Of a stretch of DNA of 64,000 nucleotides, positions 34,320-43,472 are shown one piece after another. The position numbers were made by a program, and so were the translations under genes. The stretch spans positions 39,886 to 103,885 of IMG/VR virus record IMGVR_UViG_3300042900_000713; one strand, given 5' to 3'. Within the stretch, counting starts at the first letter, position 1, and each line of letters starts with the position of its first letter. The notes under the pieces are model-generated. The model saw only the letters and a list, made by a program, of their open reading frames with translations. It did not search any database and was not told where the DNA came from. The DNA is from a virus. Its lineage: Duplodnaviria > Heunggongvirae > Uroviricota > Caudoviricetes.

Positions 34320-34483
34320 CCTATGCGTTTCCAGGGTTCCGTAAATACAATCCAGTTTTCTATATTGTGGGACATTTGGGCAGTCCAATGCTGATTATCA
34401 GTATCAATAGCATCAAGATAATGAATTCTAGTCTTGGGGTCAATTACACGAGTAATGTGTATGAATTTTGTTGGTTTAGTCAT
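34316..34483 (-). CDS. hypothetical protein 55 aa
   Basis: ATGA-coupled at both ends. Confidence 0.35.
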   Translation of the reverse strand: MTKPTKFIHITRVIDPKTRIHYLDAIDTDNQHWTAQMSHNIENWIVFTEPWKRIG

Positions 34484-34764
34484 TTAATCCTCTCAATTTC
34501 TGTAATGCGTTTCATAAAACTATCATCACCAAGATCGCCGGAGTACAAATAGTCAATTGCCCTCATAATTTCCGACATCTTACGGAGATGGGGCACTTGC
34601 GTTTTGAGATATTCAATTACCTCTTCACTATGATTGGGAAACCAACCCTCATCATACCTTCCTTCAGGTTTCCCATTGACTAAAATTTCTTCTTGTAGTT
34701 CATCAGCAAACTGATATACTTTGTAGTATTCATAACCGTTGTCGTTAAAATGCCCACCAGACAT
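34480..34764 (-). CDS. hypothetical protein 94 aa
   Basis: Coupled. Confidence 0.5.
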   Translation of the reverse strand: MSGGHFNDNGYEYYKVYQFADELQEEILVNGKPEGRYDEGWFPNHSEEVIEYLKTQVPHLRKMSEIMRAIDYLYSGDLGDDSFMKRITEIERIK

Positions 34765-34793
34765 AGAAAATCTCCTTTATGTATAAATTTAGA

Positions 34794-35336
34794 TCAACCT
34801 TTATGATTTTTATCAAATGGTGCCTTGAAGTAATGATTTGCCGAACTATGAAATACAATTAAACCTTCAACATTCATAAAACCAGGCGAGGCAAGAGAAC
34901 CTTTTCCTTGGAGTTCATACATTAAGTGATTAATCACAGCAGTATCAAACTCTCCAGTATAAAGAGTAGGAACAACATAGCAACATTCTGGTTTGTTTTC
35001 TTCATTCCAGATATTTACATTAAACAAGGAGAAACGCTTCTCACCTTTTGGAAGATTATAACCTCGTTGAATACCACTTCCCCACCATTCTCCGTGATGA
35101 CGACCAGGACCAAGTTTCATCAGTTCGCTCTTATTTTCAGATGCCCAACGACGAAAACCAAAGTTGTCGGCATCCTCACTCAACCAACGATTACGACTGC
35201 CGATAAACATATCTCCATCGTCAGTGATGTAGATAAGACCATTGGTTCCGTCAATCTTTTCGGTGACTACGCATTCTTTATGAAGACGGGGAATCTTGGG
35301 AAAGGGAATAAATTCAGGGTAAACAGTTAGACTCAT
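34794..35336 (-). CDS. Rnl2-like RNA ligase-family nucleotidyltransferase (adenylyltransferase domain only, 180 aa)
   Basis: Motif [10 protein letters not shown] (KxDG lysine), motif IV-like NVEGLIVF, motif V-like FKAPF…K. Confidence 0.65.
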   Translation of the reverse strand: MSLTVYPEFIPFPKIPRLHKECVVTEKIDGTNGLIYITDDGDMFIGSRNRWLSEDADNFGFRRWASENKSELMKLGPGRHHGEWWGSGIQRGYNLPKGEKRFSLFNVNIWNEENKPECCYVVPTLYTGEFDTAVINHLMYELQGKGSLASPGFMNVEGLIVFHSSANHYFKAPFDKNHKG

Positions 35337-35658
35337 TAGTTTTGTCTCCTTTAAGTTGATTACAAGTGTAGCACATTGGTTGAAGATTTTCTAAATCATT
35401 TGACCCACCTTTTGATTTGGGGAAAATATGGTCTACAGTCAGTGGGAGAAAATCTTCAGTATAAACATCCCAGTGTTTGGATTTACCTTTGTCTATTCCT
35501 CTTGCAAGAATAGTTCCTTCAATTCCACAGGAGACGCAGATACATCCTTTTTCAGCGAATACCTTCAGTCGTCTATGTGTTTTGAAAGGAGAATCTTGAA
35601 GAGATGAAATGTCTTTGATTGTATCCAGAGTGTATGAAAATTGTGGAATGAAAGTCAT
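35314..35658 (-). CDS. HNH endonuclease
   Basis: CxxC…[28 protein letters not shown] motif; ATG after E33 (-10 TATGAT). Confidence 0.75.
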   Translation of the reverse strand: MTFIPQFSYTLDTIKDISSLQDSPFKTHRRLKVFAEKGCICVSCGIEGTILARGIDKGKSKHWDVYTEDFLPLTVDHIFPKSKGGSNDLENLQPMCYTCNQLKGDKTNESNCLP

Positions 35659-35740
35659 TGAGGGTGCGTTCTTACCCTACTATCATATGGCATCCTGTGA
35701 GGCAGTGGAGTCGTCTTGGGACAGTTCTTCAAGTGTCTTT
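35659..35740 (-). promoter_or_regulatory. cassette E33 (box + TATGAT)
   Basis: gggacagttcttcaagtgtc. Confidence 0.5.
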
Positions 35741-35928
35741 TTGATTTCTTTGAGATTATTCAGGTGTTGCTTTTTCTCTTCCAAATCAGATTGTAGTTGT
35801 GACCTGAACTGATATTCAGATTTATGAATGGGTTCGTAGTTTATTTCTTCCTTAAGGTCAAGAGAAAGTTCTTCCAAGTATGATTCAAATTCTTCTATGA
35901 TATGATTGAGAGTATTAAGGGGTTTCAT
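35683..35928 (-). CDS. coiled-coil acidic protein 81 aa
   Basis: Stop in E33 box. Confidence 0.45.
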   Translation of the reverse strand: MKPLNTLNHIIEEFESYLEELSLDLKEEINYEPIHKSEYQFRSQLQSDLEEKKQHLNNLKEIKKTLEELSQDDSTASQDAI

Positions 35929-36158
35929 TCAACGTAATAGATTTTTTCTTTTGGTTTTCCAATTTGACGATTCAGAAACTTACGAGCACTTTCAATCGTC
36001 TCAAACTCTATTTTCTTTGGAAACATATTAAATTCCATAAAAGGAAACCAAAAAAAGATAAACTTTCGCTCTTGAGGAACAAAAACCATATTACCACTGA
36101 TATTTTGTTGTTCTATGATCCGATGAGCTTTGAGCATTATCCCACAACACGAACACAA
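35925..36158 (-). CDS. hypothetical protein 77 aa
   Basis: Coupled. Confidence 0.45.
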   Translation of the reverse strand: MCSCCGIMLKAHRIIEQQNISGNMVFVPQERKFIFFWFPFMEFNMFPKKIEFETIESARKFLNRQIGKPKEKIYYVE

Positions 36159-36451
36159 ACACTAGCTCGTCCTTGATCCACAGATGCAATTTTAGAAAAT
36201 GCCCCATAGCTTAGATCAATTCCAGCACCAGAATCATAAGGACCACGATCATTTACTGTCACATATACTTGTCGCCCATTATCTTGATTCGTAACCCGGA
36301 GACGAGTTCCCATACGATAATAAGGATGAGCAGCAGTATTTGCATAAGCATTAAAGGTCCTTCCTGATGCAGTGACTTGACCATGAAATCCGTCACCAAC
36401 ACCATAAAAAGTAGCAATAGTGCAAGTAAGTCCAGCAATCAAAGTAATCAT
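36137..36451 (-). CDS. RlpA-like double-psi beta-barrel (DPBB) protein with signal peptide
   Basis: TFYGVGDGFHGQVTASGRTF…TAAHP…GTRLRVTN…GRQVYVTVNDRGPY…GIDLS matches RlpA/expansin-like DPBB consensus. Confidence 0.65.
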   Translation of the reverse strand: MITLIAGLTCTIATFYGVGDGFHGQVTASGRTFNAYANTAAHPYYRMGTRLRVTNQDNGRQVYVTVNDRGPYDSGAGIDLSYGAFSKIASVDQGRASVCVRVVG

Positions 36452-36504
36452 AAAAATTTAAGTCTCCTTTAGTTTAGTTTTATGTTTTGGACGTTGTTGA
36501 TTTA

Positions 36505-36855
36505 TCAGAGATGTTCTTCAATCAGTTGTGCGATTTCTTCAAATGTTTTGCCGGCATCATTCAACTCAGCAAGGGATAATTCTTCTTTAATAAGTGGATT
36601 TGGCATATCAAGACCCGCCCATTTTTTCACAGATTCAGGAAGAGTAATGGATGCCTCATCAAAATAGTAATAAGTAAATGGAATCGCATCTTCGGTAAGT
36701 TGAATAATCCATTTATTGCCAGTTTGTTTTGCATAAACATCACACAATACACCAAGACAACAGAATCCGTTAGGAGACCGAAGATTTCCTTGTGTTTGAC
36801 TGTATTCGTTGGATCGTAGAGCAGTGACCCATTGTTGCTTGATTTGTGAATTCAT
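36505..36855 (-). CDS. hypothetical protein 116 aa
   Basis: Minus ORF. Confidence 0.5.
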   Translation of the reverse strand: MNSQIKQQWVTALRSNEYSQTQGNLRSPNGFCCLGVLCDVYAKQTGNKWIIQLTEDAIPFTYYYFDEASITLPESVKKWAGLDMPNPLIKEELSLAELNDAGKTFEEIAQLIEEHL

Positions 36856-36871
36856 TTTAATAAGTTTCAGT

Positions 36872-37135
36872 TTAATTTACTAATAGCAGGAAGGCATCCA
36901 AGATCTTTCGCATCTTAGACTTTGGTTTCTCATATGGTCTCTGTTCCCATTCAAGACCATCGGGACCACATTTACCATCTGATTTTCTTAGTTTTTCACA
37001 GTCTTCTCTCCATGTAGTAACTTCACCTTTCACATAATCAGTTGTATCATATGTGAATTTACCACACCAGGCAAAATAGATAGTATCTGGATTGATACAG
37101 TGCTTGCAAGTAATGCAGGATTTGATTTCAGACAT
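36872..37135 (-). CDS. Cys-rich protein 87 aa
   Basis: CITCKHC…CGKF…CEK; ATG after E34 (-10 TATACT). Confidence 0.5.
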   Translation of the reverse strand: MSEIKSCITCKHCINPDTIYFAWCGKFTYDTTDYVKGEVTTWREDCEKLRKSDGKCGPDGLEWEQRPYEKPKSKMRKILDAFLLLVN

Positions 37136-37213
37136 GATGTGTTTGGTTGACTTGTTTAGTATAGGATGTCTTGATCGTCTGTGAGAGACCCTTGTGCCAG
37201 TTGATCAGGTGAC
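37136..37213 (-). promoter_or_regulatory. cassette E34 (subfamily C leader, TATACT)
   Basis: ggttgacttgtttagtatagg…cccttgtgccagttgatcaggtgacc. Confidence 0.55.
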
Positions 37214-37455
37214 CTCTTGGCATTCATTTCATCTTCAATTTTACCACGCTCATAGCATCCACTCAGGTACAGTGGAGCAACCAGAATGCCCATAAGTCCA
37301 GCACCACTCGCAAAACCCCTAATATCATTACTCTTATTCAGTCCTGCAAGTCCACCCATAAGAAGAAATGCGATGAGAAGAGCAGTACCTGGATGATCAC
37401 CACAGGAATCAAGATGTCCAATTCCTTTGATTGTGCGACGAATTGTTTGAATCAT
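37156..37455 (-). CDS. small membrane protein 99 aa
   Basis: Two hydrophobic segments; stop in E34 box. Confidence 0.5.
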   Translation of the reverse strand: MIQTIRRTIKGIGHLDSCGDHPGTALLIAFLLMGGLAGLNKSNDIRGFASGAGLMGILVAPLYLSGCYERGKIEDEMNAKRSPDQLAQGSLTDDQDILY

Positions 37456-37964
37456 TTGTTATCAGGAACGATGTCGATTTGTTCAAAAATACCGATACAA
37501 ATATCACTCAAAAGATTTTCATCCATTTGTCCCATTCGTTCAATCAAAAACCTATTGATTACACTCACCGTAGTTTCAATATATTCTTCATCAGTTTCAA
37601 TATACTTTACTGCCTCGCCAAGAAGAGCATCGGCAAGTTTGGCAATCGTAGCGTCAGAGAGTTGTTGAGTCATTGCTTTTTGAGGTTGTTTGAGTTCAAT
37701 TTTTACAATATCAAGTAGAGACCGTTGCATACTTAGGTCATTAATACCTTCTTGAGTATAAGTAAAAGGTTGACCGCAAGGATGTTCAAAACAATATGAA
37801 TATGAGTGTGCACCATATTTTTTGATTGTCGTCACATACTCTTCATCATTACGAAGAGTAATATAAACTTCCTTATTAACGAACTCTTCAAGATTAATCA
37901 TTTGTTTTTTGTTGTTGTTATTATTTTTATATTCAATTATCTGCATACTGCCAATCACAACCAC
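37452..37964 (-). CDS. hypothetical protein 170 aa
   Basis: Coupled. Confidence 0.55.
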   Translation of the reverse strand: MVVIGSMQIIEYKNNNNNKKQMINLEEFVNKEVYITLRNDEEYVTTIKKYGAHSYSYCFEHPCGQPFTYTQEGINDLSMQRSLLDIVKIELKQPQKAMTQQLSDATIAKLADALLGEAVKYIETDEEYIETTVSVINRFLIERMGQMDENLLSDICIGIFEQIDIVPDNK

Positions 37965-38373
37965 CAGGAGTGACTACAGTTTCATTTCCGTCATACTCAT
38001 CAATTTTGTATATTCCATCAACTTCCTCAATTTGAAGGTCCGCATGATCACCATTTGCTTTCTTTCCAAGTTCTTCTACAACTTGAATTAGAGCAGGATC
38101 ATGACGAGAGACATTCATATAATACCAAGTTTGCTCAGAGTGTGCTTTATTATAAGCAACCCGTTCATCCATAGACATAGCACAGAACTCGTTTGAGCTT
38201 TTATGTTTGATACGTTCTGCAGGAGAAACTAACCAAACAGTAAACATACCCATGATTTTAGGTTTATTGTCTTCAATCCAAACTTGTTGCCCTTTGATGT
38301 CCCAATAACGTTGACATGCTTCTTTGCTGAGACCGAAACCACCGTAGCAGTTGTTGTAAACGACTTTTGCCAT
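37933..38373 (-). CDS. hypothetical protein 146 aa
   Basis: ATG after E35 (-10 TATACT). Confidence 0.55.
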   Translation of the reverse strand: MAKVVYNNCYGGFGLSKEACQRYWDIKGQQVWIEDNKPKIMGMFTVWLVSPAERIKHKSSNEFCAMSMDERVAYNKAHSEQTWYYMNVSRHDPALIQVVEELGKKANGDHADLQIEEVDGIYKIDEYDGNETVVTPGGCDWQYADN

Positions 38374-38456
38374 GAGTGCTGTATGTGTACTTTAATAGTA
38401 TAGGGTGAATTGAATCAGTTGTCAGTGGTCAGTGTGCCAGTTCAATAAGTGTCACA
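38374..38456 (-). promoter_or_regulatory. cassette E35 (box + TATACT)
   Basis: cagtgtgccagttcaataagtgtcac; 31-bp spacing. Confidence 0.55.
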
Positions 38457-38629
38457 TCATAATCCTGCCAGTGAGAGGTGAAGTAGTTATAATGACTGTC
38501 AACGTCTTTTTGATTCATTTCAAGTTCTTTACCCCATCGCTTACACAACCAGTTATTCTCAACGATTAGATAAAACTCATAAGTCTCTTCATTCTCAAAA
38601 TCTTTAACTTTGAAGGATTGAGTAATCAT
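38429..38629 (-). CDS. hypothetical protein 66 aa
   Basis: Stop in E35 box. Confidence 0.45.
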   Translation of the reverse strand: MITQSFKVKDFENEETYEFYLIVENNWLCKRWGKELEMNQKDVDSHYNYFTSHWQDYDVTLIELAH

Positions 38630-38832
38630 AGTGCTGGTTCAATTCCGTTATCAAGAAAAACATAATCATACCTTTCGCCGTATTCTTCACAGAGAGATGC
38701 AATCGTATTCTTTCTCATAAATCTACGAGACATTGCTTCTTCGGCAAGTTTGTAAATTTCGTTGTAGTCCAGGTCTTTGCAAACTTCTTGAGAAAGAAAC
38801 TTTGCGAGTTTAAGAGATACTTCAGTACTCAT
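38626..38832 (-). CDS. hypothetical protein 68 aa
   Basis: Coupled. Confidence 0.45.
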   Translation of the reverse strand: MSTEVSLKLAKFLSQEVCKDLDYNEIYKLAEEAMSRRFMRKNTIASLCEEYGERYDYVFLDNGIEPAL

Positions 38833-39016
38833 TCAAAACCTCCTTATACCTTTTAACTTCGTGATTGCATTTGCTACAGTGAAGAACCCCATCCCAGTCA
38901 TCGTGAATACTGGTTTCTTTGTAGTATCCTTCATCACATTTCTCACAATCTTTTTCCATACGGTCAATGTGAGTATAAAAATCCAGTTGCTGTTCTGGGT
39001 TCATCATTCTCCCCAC
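38822..39016 (-). CDS. zinc-ribbon small protein 64 aa
   Basis: CEKCDEG…CSKCNHE. Confidence 0.45.
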   Translation of the reverse strand: MGRMMNPEQQLDFYTHIDRMEKDCEKCDEGYYKETSIHDDWDGVLHCSKCNHEVKRYKEVLNEY

Positions 39017-39261
39017 CCTTCAAAGTATTCTGTAAAGAAACCAAATGCTAAACCAAATTTGTATTGTTGAAAATCTACACTAAAAAGAGAAGAACCGAAA
39101 AAAGAAAACAAGATGTTAATACCACCAGAAGAATGAATTATACCACCAGGAGTTTCATAATTTACCCAAAGTAGTGCTCGGTTCTTGATAATACCAAACT
39201 GCAAAGTGCGATCTACTTCACCATTAGTCCAAATTTTCTTATCAAATTGAAAGAGTTGCAT
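39004..39261 (-). CDS. hypothetical protein ~85 aa
   Basis: Internal ATG just after stop of 39263..39556; track ORF begins at TTG. Confidence 0.4.
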   Translation of the reverse strand: MQLFQFDKKIWTNGEVDRTLQFGIIKNRALLWVNYETPGGIIHSSGGINILFSFFGSSLFSVDFQQYKFGLAFGFFTEYFEGWGE

Positions 39262-39262
39262 T

Positions 39263-39556
39263 TCAATATTCCTCAATAAAAATGTAACCAACACCACCAC
39301 AGGTTTCGCAAGGATAAAGATAACATTCACCCCAAGAATACTCTGGGTAATCATCAACTACGAAGTTTGTAGCAAATACTTCACTAACATCTTTAAAATC
39401 TTCCAGTTCGTTAGGGTCGTCTGCTGAAACATAATGAAGTGTCCAAGATTTTCCGTGAGTTTCGCAATCAGGGCACTTACGAATTTCTGTTACACCTTTA
39501 ATGATGTTACGAAGTTCATCTGCGTCAAGCGTAATTCCGTTTTCAGAGCGTTGCAT
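39263..39556 (-). CDS. Cys-rich protein 97 aa
   Basis: CPDCETHG…CETCGG. Confidence 0.5.
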   Translation of the reverse strand: MQRSENGITLDADELRNIIKGVTEIRKCPDCETHGKSWTLHYVSADDPNELEDFKDVSEVFATNFVVDDYPEYSWGECYLYPCETCGGVGYIFIEEY

Positions 39557-39558
39557 TA

Positions 39559-39819
39559 TCAGTGAGAAAAATAAAGAACTTGGTCTAGAACATCTTGAAT
39601 ACCTTGTTCGGTGGTAATCAAGTTTGCGGCGACTTTAGATTTGAGATAAGTGTTTGGAGTTTGAATCCAGTGCCTCATCGCATCATAATCCCCACCGCAC
39701 AATGAGTAAAGATGCTTAAAGATTTCAAGAAACTTTACATCATCATACCAATCGGTGACTCCTAAAATTTCACCTGCCTTTCCAGCAGACTTTTGAAGTA
39801 GGTGTTTATCAGAAATCAT
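39559..39819 (-). CDS. hypothetical protein 86 aa
   Basis: Coupled. Confidence 0.5.
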   Translation of the reverse strand: MISDKHLLQKSAGKAGEILGVTDWYDDVKFLEIFKHLYSLCGGDYDAMRHWIQTPNTYLKSKVAANLITTEQGIQDVLDQVLYFSH

Positions 39820-40685
39820 ACTCGAAATCCGTGTTGTTGTGCTTGGGCGATGATGTTCTCGTAGGAATGAGAAGTCAACTCAATATCTCGGTCATACAGA
39901 AAATCCTCTGCGTCTTCTGCAAGAGTTTCTTTAGAAACTTTAAGAATACCTTTTTCCAAGTATCCATAATCCCTTGATTCAGTCACAGATTTAGTTTTCC
40001 CACAAACATCGCACTTTCCTGTCCAATGTGAAGAACAACCGACAGAATATTCACCATACTTAGTTCCACATTGGTTACATACTTGATATGCTTCTTGAAG
40101 AGTCTTCGCAGTAACCGAAGTTTCTGTAGGAAATTCTACGAACATAGGCATAGCATCCAGTTCCTCATCAGTATACTGTGGATTATCAGGATTCTGAGTA
40201 AGGGAAAGTCGTGCTTCAAGATCTTTGATTTTGGAGAGTGATTCCTCATAAGTTTCCATCAACGATACATAATCTTTACTACTATACAACTGCTTATCTT
40301 GCAGTTCGTATTCTTCCATCAGTTTATCCAGATACATCTTTTCGTTAGAATCGCTGAAAGCAAGACGACAGGCACCGTCCATAATACTGTATTCGGCAAA
40401 TCCAACAGCACGAAGAAAACCCCGGAAGAGATCATAATATTGATGCACATTTAGATCTTGTGCAGGTGCCTCAATCGTGATTGTATGCTTATCAACGATT
40501 TCTGGGAAATACTTACTCGGAGTTGATTCGGAATCGTTGACGTAAGAAAACTGGACTTTTGCGTTGTAGGACATAATGAGTTGCGTTTCAATGTAGTTAC
40601 TATAAAACCCTTGACGGCAAAAGTCAAGGGTTAGTGGGCGGTTCAGAAACTGTCTACTCTCCCCAATACTCATAAAGAAATCCAT
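39816..40685 (-). CDS. hypothetical protein 289 aa with C-terminal zinc-finger
   Basis: CNQCGTKYGEYSVGCSSHWTGKCDVCGK. Confidence 0.6.
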   Translation of the reverse strand: MDFFMSIGESRQFLNRPLTLDFCRQGFYSNYIETQLIMSYNAKVQFSYVNDSESTPSKYFPEIVDKHTITIEAPAQDLNVHQYYDLFRGFLRAVGFAEYSIMDGACRLAFSDSNEKMYLDKLMEEYELQDKQLYSSKDYVSLMETYEESLSKIKDLEARLSLTQNPDNPQYTDEELDAMPMFVEFPTETSVTAKTLQEAYQVCNQCGTKYGEYSVGCSSHWTGKCDVCGKTKSVTESRDYGYLEKGILKVSKETLAEDAEDFLYDRDIELTSHSYENIIAQAQQHGFRV

Positions 40686-41097
40686 TTGGAGTTGAGTAGT
40701 GAATATGAACTACTGTGCTACAACTACGAATATAGGACGAACACACAGGGCAGGGTCTCGCATTTCGTAGTTCTTGTCCTCCGTGACCACCTACACGACA
40801 AACAATAATTGTATCAGCATCTTCTTTTGCTTTTATAAGAACTCGCAACTCTCCGTGAAGGTAGATTTTATTTTCCAGTTGTGGTTCGTTGAAAATCCTT
40901 GCAGCATTCTGTGCCGCCCAATACTGAATTGGGTGAGTAATTTCATAAGAATTTACAGCAGAAGCAATAATACGATTTTTCTTCAAAAGAATCGCACCAA
41001 TCTTCTTCGGTGCGTCTGAAGACATAGAAACTGCATATGCTTGCTTAAGTATTTCCCTCTTCAGTGGAGACTTTGTTGCCAAGATTTGCGATTTCAT
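40654..41097 (-). CDS. cytidine/dCMP deaminase-fold protein (start may be internal ATG at ~41025)
   Basis: LHGELRVL (H[AG]E zinc motif) and RPCPVCSSYI (PCxxC); T4-type phages encode dCMP deaminase. Confidence 0.6.
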   Translation of the reverse strand: MKSQILATKSPLKREILKQAYAVSMSSDAPKKIGAILLKKNRIIASAVNSYEITHPIQYWAAQNAARIFNEPQLENKIYLHGELRVLIKAKEDADTIIVCRVGGHGGQELRNARPCPVCSSYIRSCSTVVHIHYSTPNGFLYEYWGE

Positions 41098-41275
41098 TAG
41101 AAAGTTCAGTTAGATCGTTTCGGTCTAAAACTATTAAATCATTTTGTGCTGTGTATGTCCTCACATAATCACAGGAGAGTGAGAGGATTGCAGATACTAA
41201 CTTTGATTCTGTATCTGCACCAGCATTTCTTGCATCCCACACTCGGGTCATAAACTCTTGTGCTTTGTCACTCAT
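41045..41275 (-). CDS. hypothetical protein ~76 aa
   Basis: Internal ATG (MSDKAQEF) 2 nt after stop of 41268..41897. Confidence 0.4.
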   Translation of the reverse strand: MSDKAQEFMTRVWDARNAGADTESKLVSAILSLSCDYVRTYTAQNDLIVLDRNDLTELSNEIANLGNKVSTEEGNT

Positions 41276-41897
41276 TTTCTTTAATGTTGTAGATATAATG
41301 GTTTGAAGTTTCAAATGTTCTTGTGTTTTCCACAGAATATACAGTAGTATCAATCTCATATCCAGGGTTTTTGGAGATGCGATTGAATGTCCAAGCACTA
41401 TCATACCATATAATCCTGTTGTTTGGATAGGCATAATAGTTACCAGTTTCTACCTTGAATAAATGAGCACACTTATGTTCTGGCGTTTCAGAATAATTGA
41501 AATCAGTCATTCCTTTATTCTCAAATCCCCAGTCAAGTGTGAACATATAGTTACCTTGAACTTTAGTATTGTCTGGACGAATAAGTTCTGCTTTCAATCC
41601 AGCAAGACGATTTCTTCGTTGAACATCAATATAAGAAGAAAAACAGTCCCAATACATTATTTGATTGAGTGGTTCTATTTCAGCATCAGGTTTCCAACAA
41701 AGTGAGTGTAATGGTCTGCGTGTCCAGTTTACGCCATTTTCCAAAAAACACTCAAACAATGGAACTCTTTTTTCCATTGATGCCACGGAATGAACATCAC
41801 ATTTCGTAACTTCTCCGTGACCTTGTTGGTGATTATATAAAAATTCATTACGAATGTAACAAGACCAATCTGGTAGATTATGATTTAGATAAGACAC
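41268..41897 (-). CDS. hypothetical protein 209 aa
   Basis: Long minus ORF. Confidence 0.55.
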   Translation of the reverse strand: MSYLNHNLPDWSCYIRNEFLYNHQQGHGEVTKCDVHSVASMEKRVPLFECFLENGVNWTRRPLHSLCWKPDAEIEPLNQIMYWDCFSSYIDVQRRNRLAGLKAELIRPDNTKVQGNYMFTLDWGFENKGMTDFNYSETPEHKCAHLFKVETGNYYAYPNNRIIWYDSAWTFNRISKNPGYEIDTTVYSVENTRTFETSNHYIYNIKENE

Positions 41898-41900
41898 TAA

Positions 41901-42179
41901 TTAATTCTTCTCAAAGTTGTTTCTAAATTCTTCTAATTTTTCTGGTTCATTAAGAACTGTATTAAGACCATATTGAGCAATAAATGAATTAAGAACTGGA
42001 TCGTCTACAGATTCCTCAAGATAAAGTCCACTCACCTTATTGTAGAAGTTCTCAACATCTTCAGTGACATAAGTACCAGTATCACTATCTAATCCTGACT
42101 TTGCATATGAATATAAGGCATTAGTAAGGATTTCAAGTTCTTGCTCGGACAGTTGAAAAGTAACTTTGTATTGTGACAT
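41901..42179 (-). CDS. hypothetical protein 92 aa
   Basis: Minus ORF. Confidence 0.5.
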   Translation of the reverse strand: MSQYKVTFQLSEQELEILTNALYSYAKSGLDSDTGTYVTEDVENFYNKVSGLYLEESVDDPVLNSFIAQYGLNTVLNEPEKLEEFRNNFEKN

Positions 42180-42290
42180 TTGGTTTAATGTTTTCTTTAT
42201 TTAGAATCAATTAAGTTTTTTAGGTTTGCTGCACTCATTACACACAGTAGAAAATCCGTACTTAAAGCGTTCGATTTTTTGAAAGTGTCC

Positions 42291-43088
42291 TTATGACATT
42301 CGTATTCTTTTAGAAGTATCTATACCTCTTTTGTTTTGATACCGGGTAAGTGGTCCTGATGTTGATACATATCCAGTTTCAAGGCACATCCATTTTTGTG
42401 AGTTTGTTATTTTACTACCTATTTTACCACCTATTTTACCATTTTCAATTGTTTGTTCTGCAGTTAATCCAAAAATTCCTACACCAAGTTCTTTTGTTTT
42501 TTTACCACCCTTTTTATTATATTTTTTACCATTTTCCATTCTTTGTTCTGGGGTAAATCCGCATATTCCTATACCAAGTTCCTTTGCTTTTTTACCAGCT
42601 TTTTTACCATCTTCCGTCATTTGTTCTTTTGTTCTTCCACAAATCCCTGTTTTATTTTCCTTATGTTTTTGTCCTGATATTTTCCCACCTTTTTTACCAT
42701 CTTTGGTCATTTGTTCTTTTGTTCTTCCGTGAACTCCTATACCAAGTTCTTTTGTTTTTTTACCAGTTATTTTACCTGAATTTCTACAAATTTCTAAAGA
42801 AACCTTACCACCACAATTTTTATTAAGACACCATTTATCAGTATTATAAAATGATTTAATCAATCTTGTTTCAACTTCTTGTGCTTTAATCCATCCTTCA
42901 TCTGTATAAGAAAAGACTTCAAGTATTTGTTTCTTTGCTGTATAAAAATTCCAGCACCACTTATGAGTATATGGGGAACCCCAGTATTCCTCACCAAACT
43001 TCGTTTCCTTATGAACTCCATAGTAATAGTAAGGAACTTCCTCAAAAGTAATTTTGTATATGTAAATTCTTGGACTTTGTGAAGTCAT
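42291..43088 (-). CDS. GIY-YIG-like homing endonuclease with expanded NUMOD3-like repeat array (copy 2)
   Basis: RIYIYKITFEEVPYYYYGVH; six or more KELGIGxxGxTxEQ modules; ~75% identical to copy 1 over the N-terminal 100 aa. Confidence 0.7.
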   Translation of the reverse strand: MTSQSPRIYIYKITFEEVPYYYYGVHKETKFGEEYWGSPYTHKWCWNFYTAKKQILEVFSYTDEGWIKAQEVETRLIKSFYNTDKWCLNKNCGGKVSLEICRNSGKITGKKTKELGIGVHGRTKEQMTKDGKKGGKISGQKHKENKTGICGRTKEQMTEDGKKAGKKAKELGIGICGFTPEQRMENGKKYNKKGGKKTKELGVGIFGLTAEQTIENGKIGGKIGSKITNSQKWMCLETGYVSTSGPLTRYQNKRGIDTSKRIRMS

Positions 43089-43113
43089 CGTTATTCTATA
43101 AGAACTGCATTAT

Positions 43114-43121
43114 TATTTATA
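43114..43121 (-). promoter_or_regulatory. late promoter motif TATAAATA upstream of GIY-YIG copy 2
   Basis: ~28 nt upstream of the ATG at 43088. Confidence 0.55.
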
Positions 43122-43134
43122 AAAGTTTATAATA

Positions 43135-43155
43135 GAAAAGGTGCCCGGAAGCACC
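43135..43155 (-). terminator. terminator hairpin GGTGCttccgGGCACC + T-rich tail (GIY-YIG cassette copy 2)
   Basis: Paralog of the 22176-22198 element. Confidence 0.5.
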
Positions 43156-43199
43156 TAATCTTGTCCGTAGAGAATTGCAGTTCCTATAGACAATATTAT

Positions 43200-43433
43200 T
43201 TATTCATCTATTTTAATAGGTTTATCGCAAGAATTGCAATAATAACTAAATCCAGTCTTAAAGTATTTAACTGACTGAAAGTTTTCCAAATTCAGTGGTT
43301 TGGTTTCTTTGCACCGAGAACAAGTTCGTTCAGCGGGGAGTGATGATAATGTCTTTTGCACCTTGAGTTTTGATGTGATTTTCCCAAAAAATCGCTCCCT
43401 CCAGGTCAAGAAAAATTGCAGTGTGCTGAACAT
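43200..43433 (-). CDS. Cys-rich small protein 77 aa
   Basis: CSRC…CNSC. Confidence 0.45.
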   Translation of the reverse strand: MFSTLQFFLTWRERFFGKITSKLKVQKTLSSLPAERTCSRCKETKPLNLENFQSVKYFKTGFSYYCNSCDKPIKIDE

Positions 43434-43472
43434 AAGTTTTTTTCTTTGGTTTGAGATAAATGACTTCGTATT

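Noticed and set aside
41268-41434. Long overlap between 41045..41434 and 41268..41897 as genuine overlapping genes
   Set aside because: An internal ATG at 41273-41275, two bases after the upstream stop, gives a conventional non-overlapping 76-aa gene.
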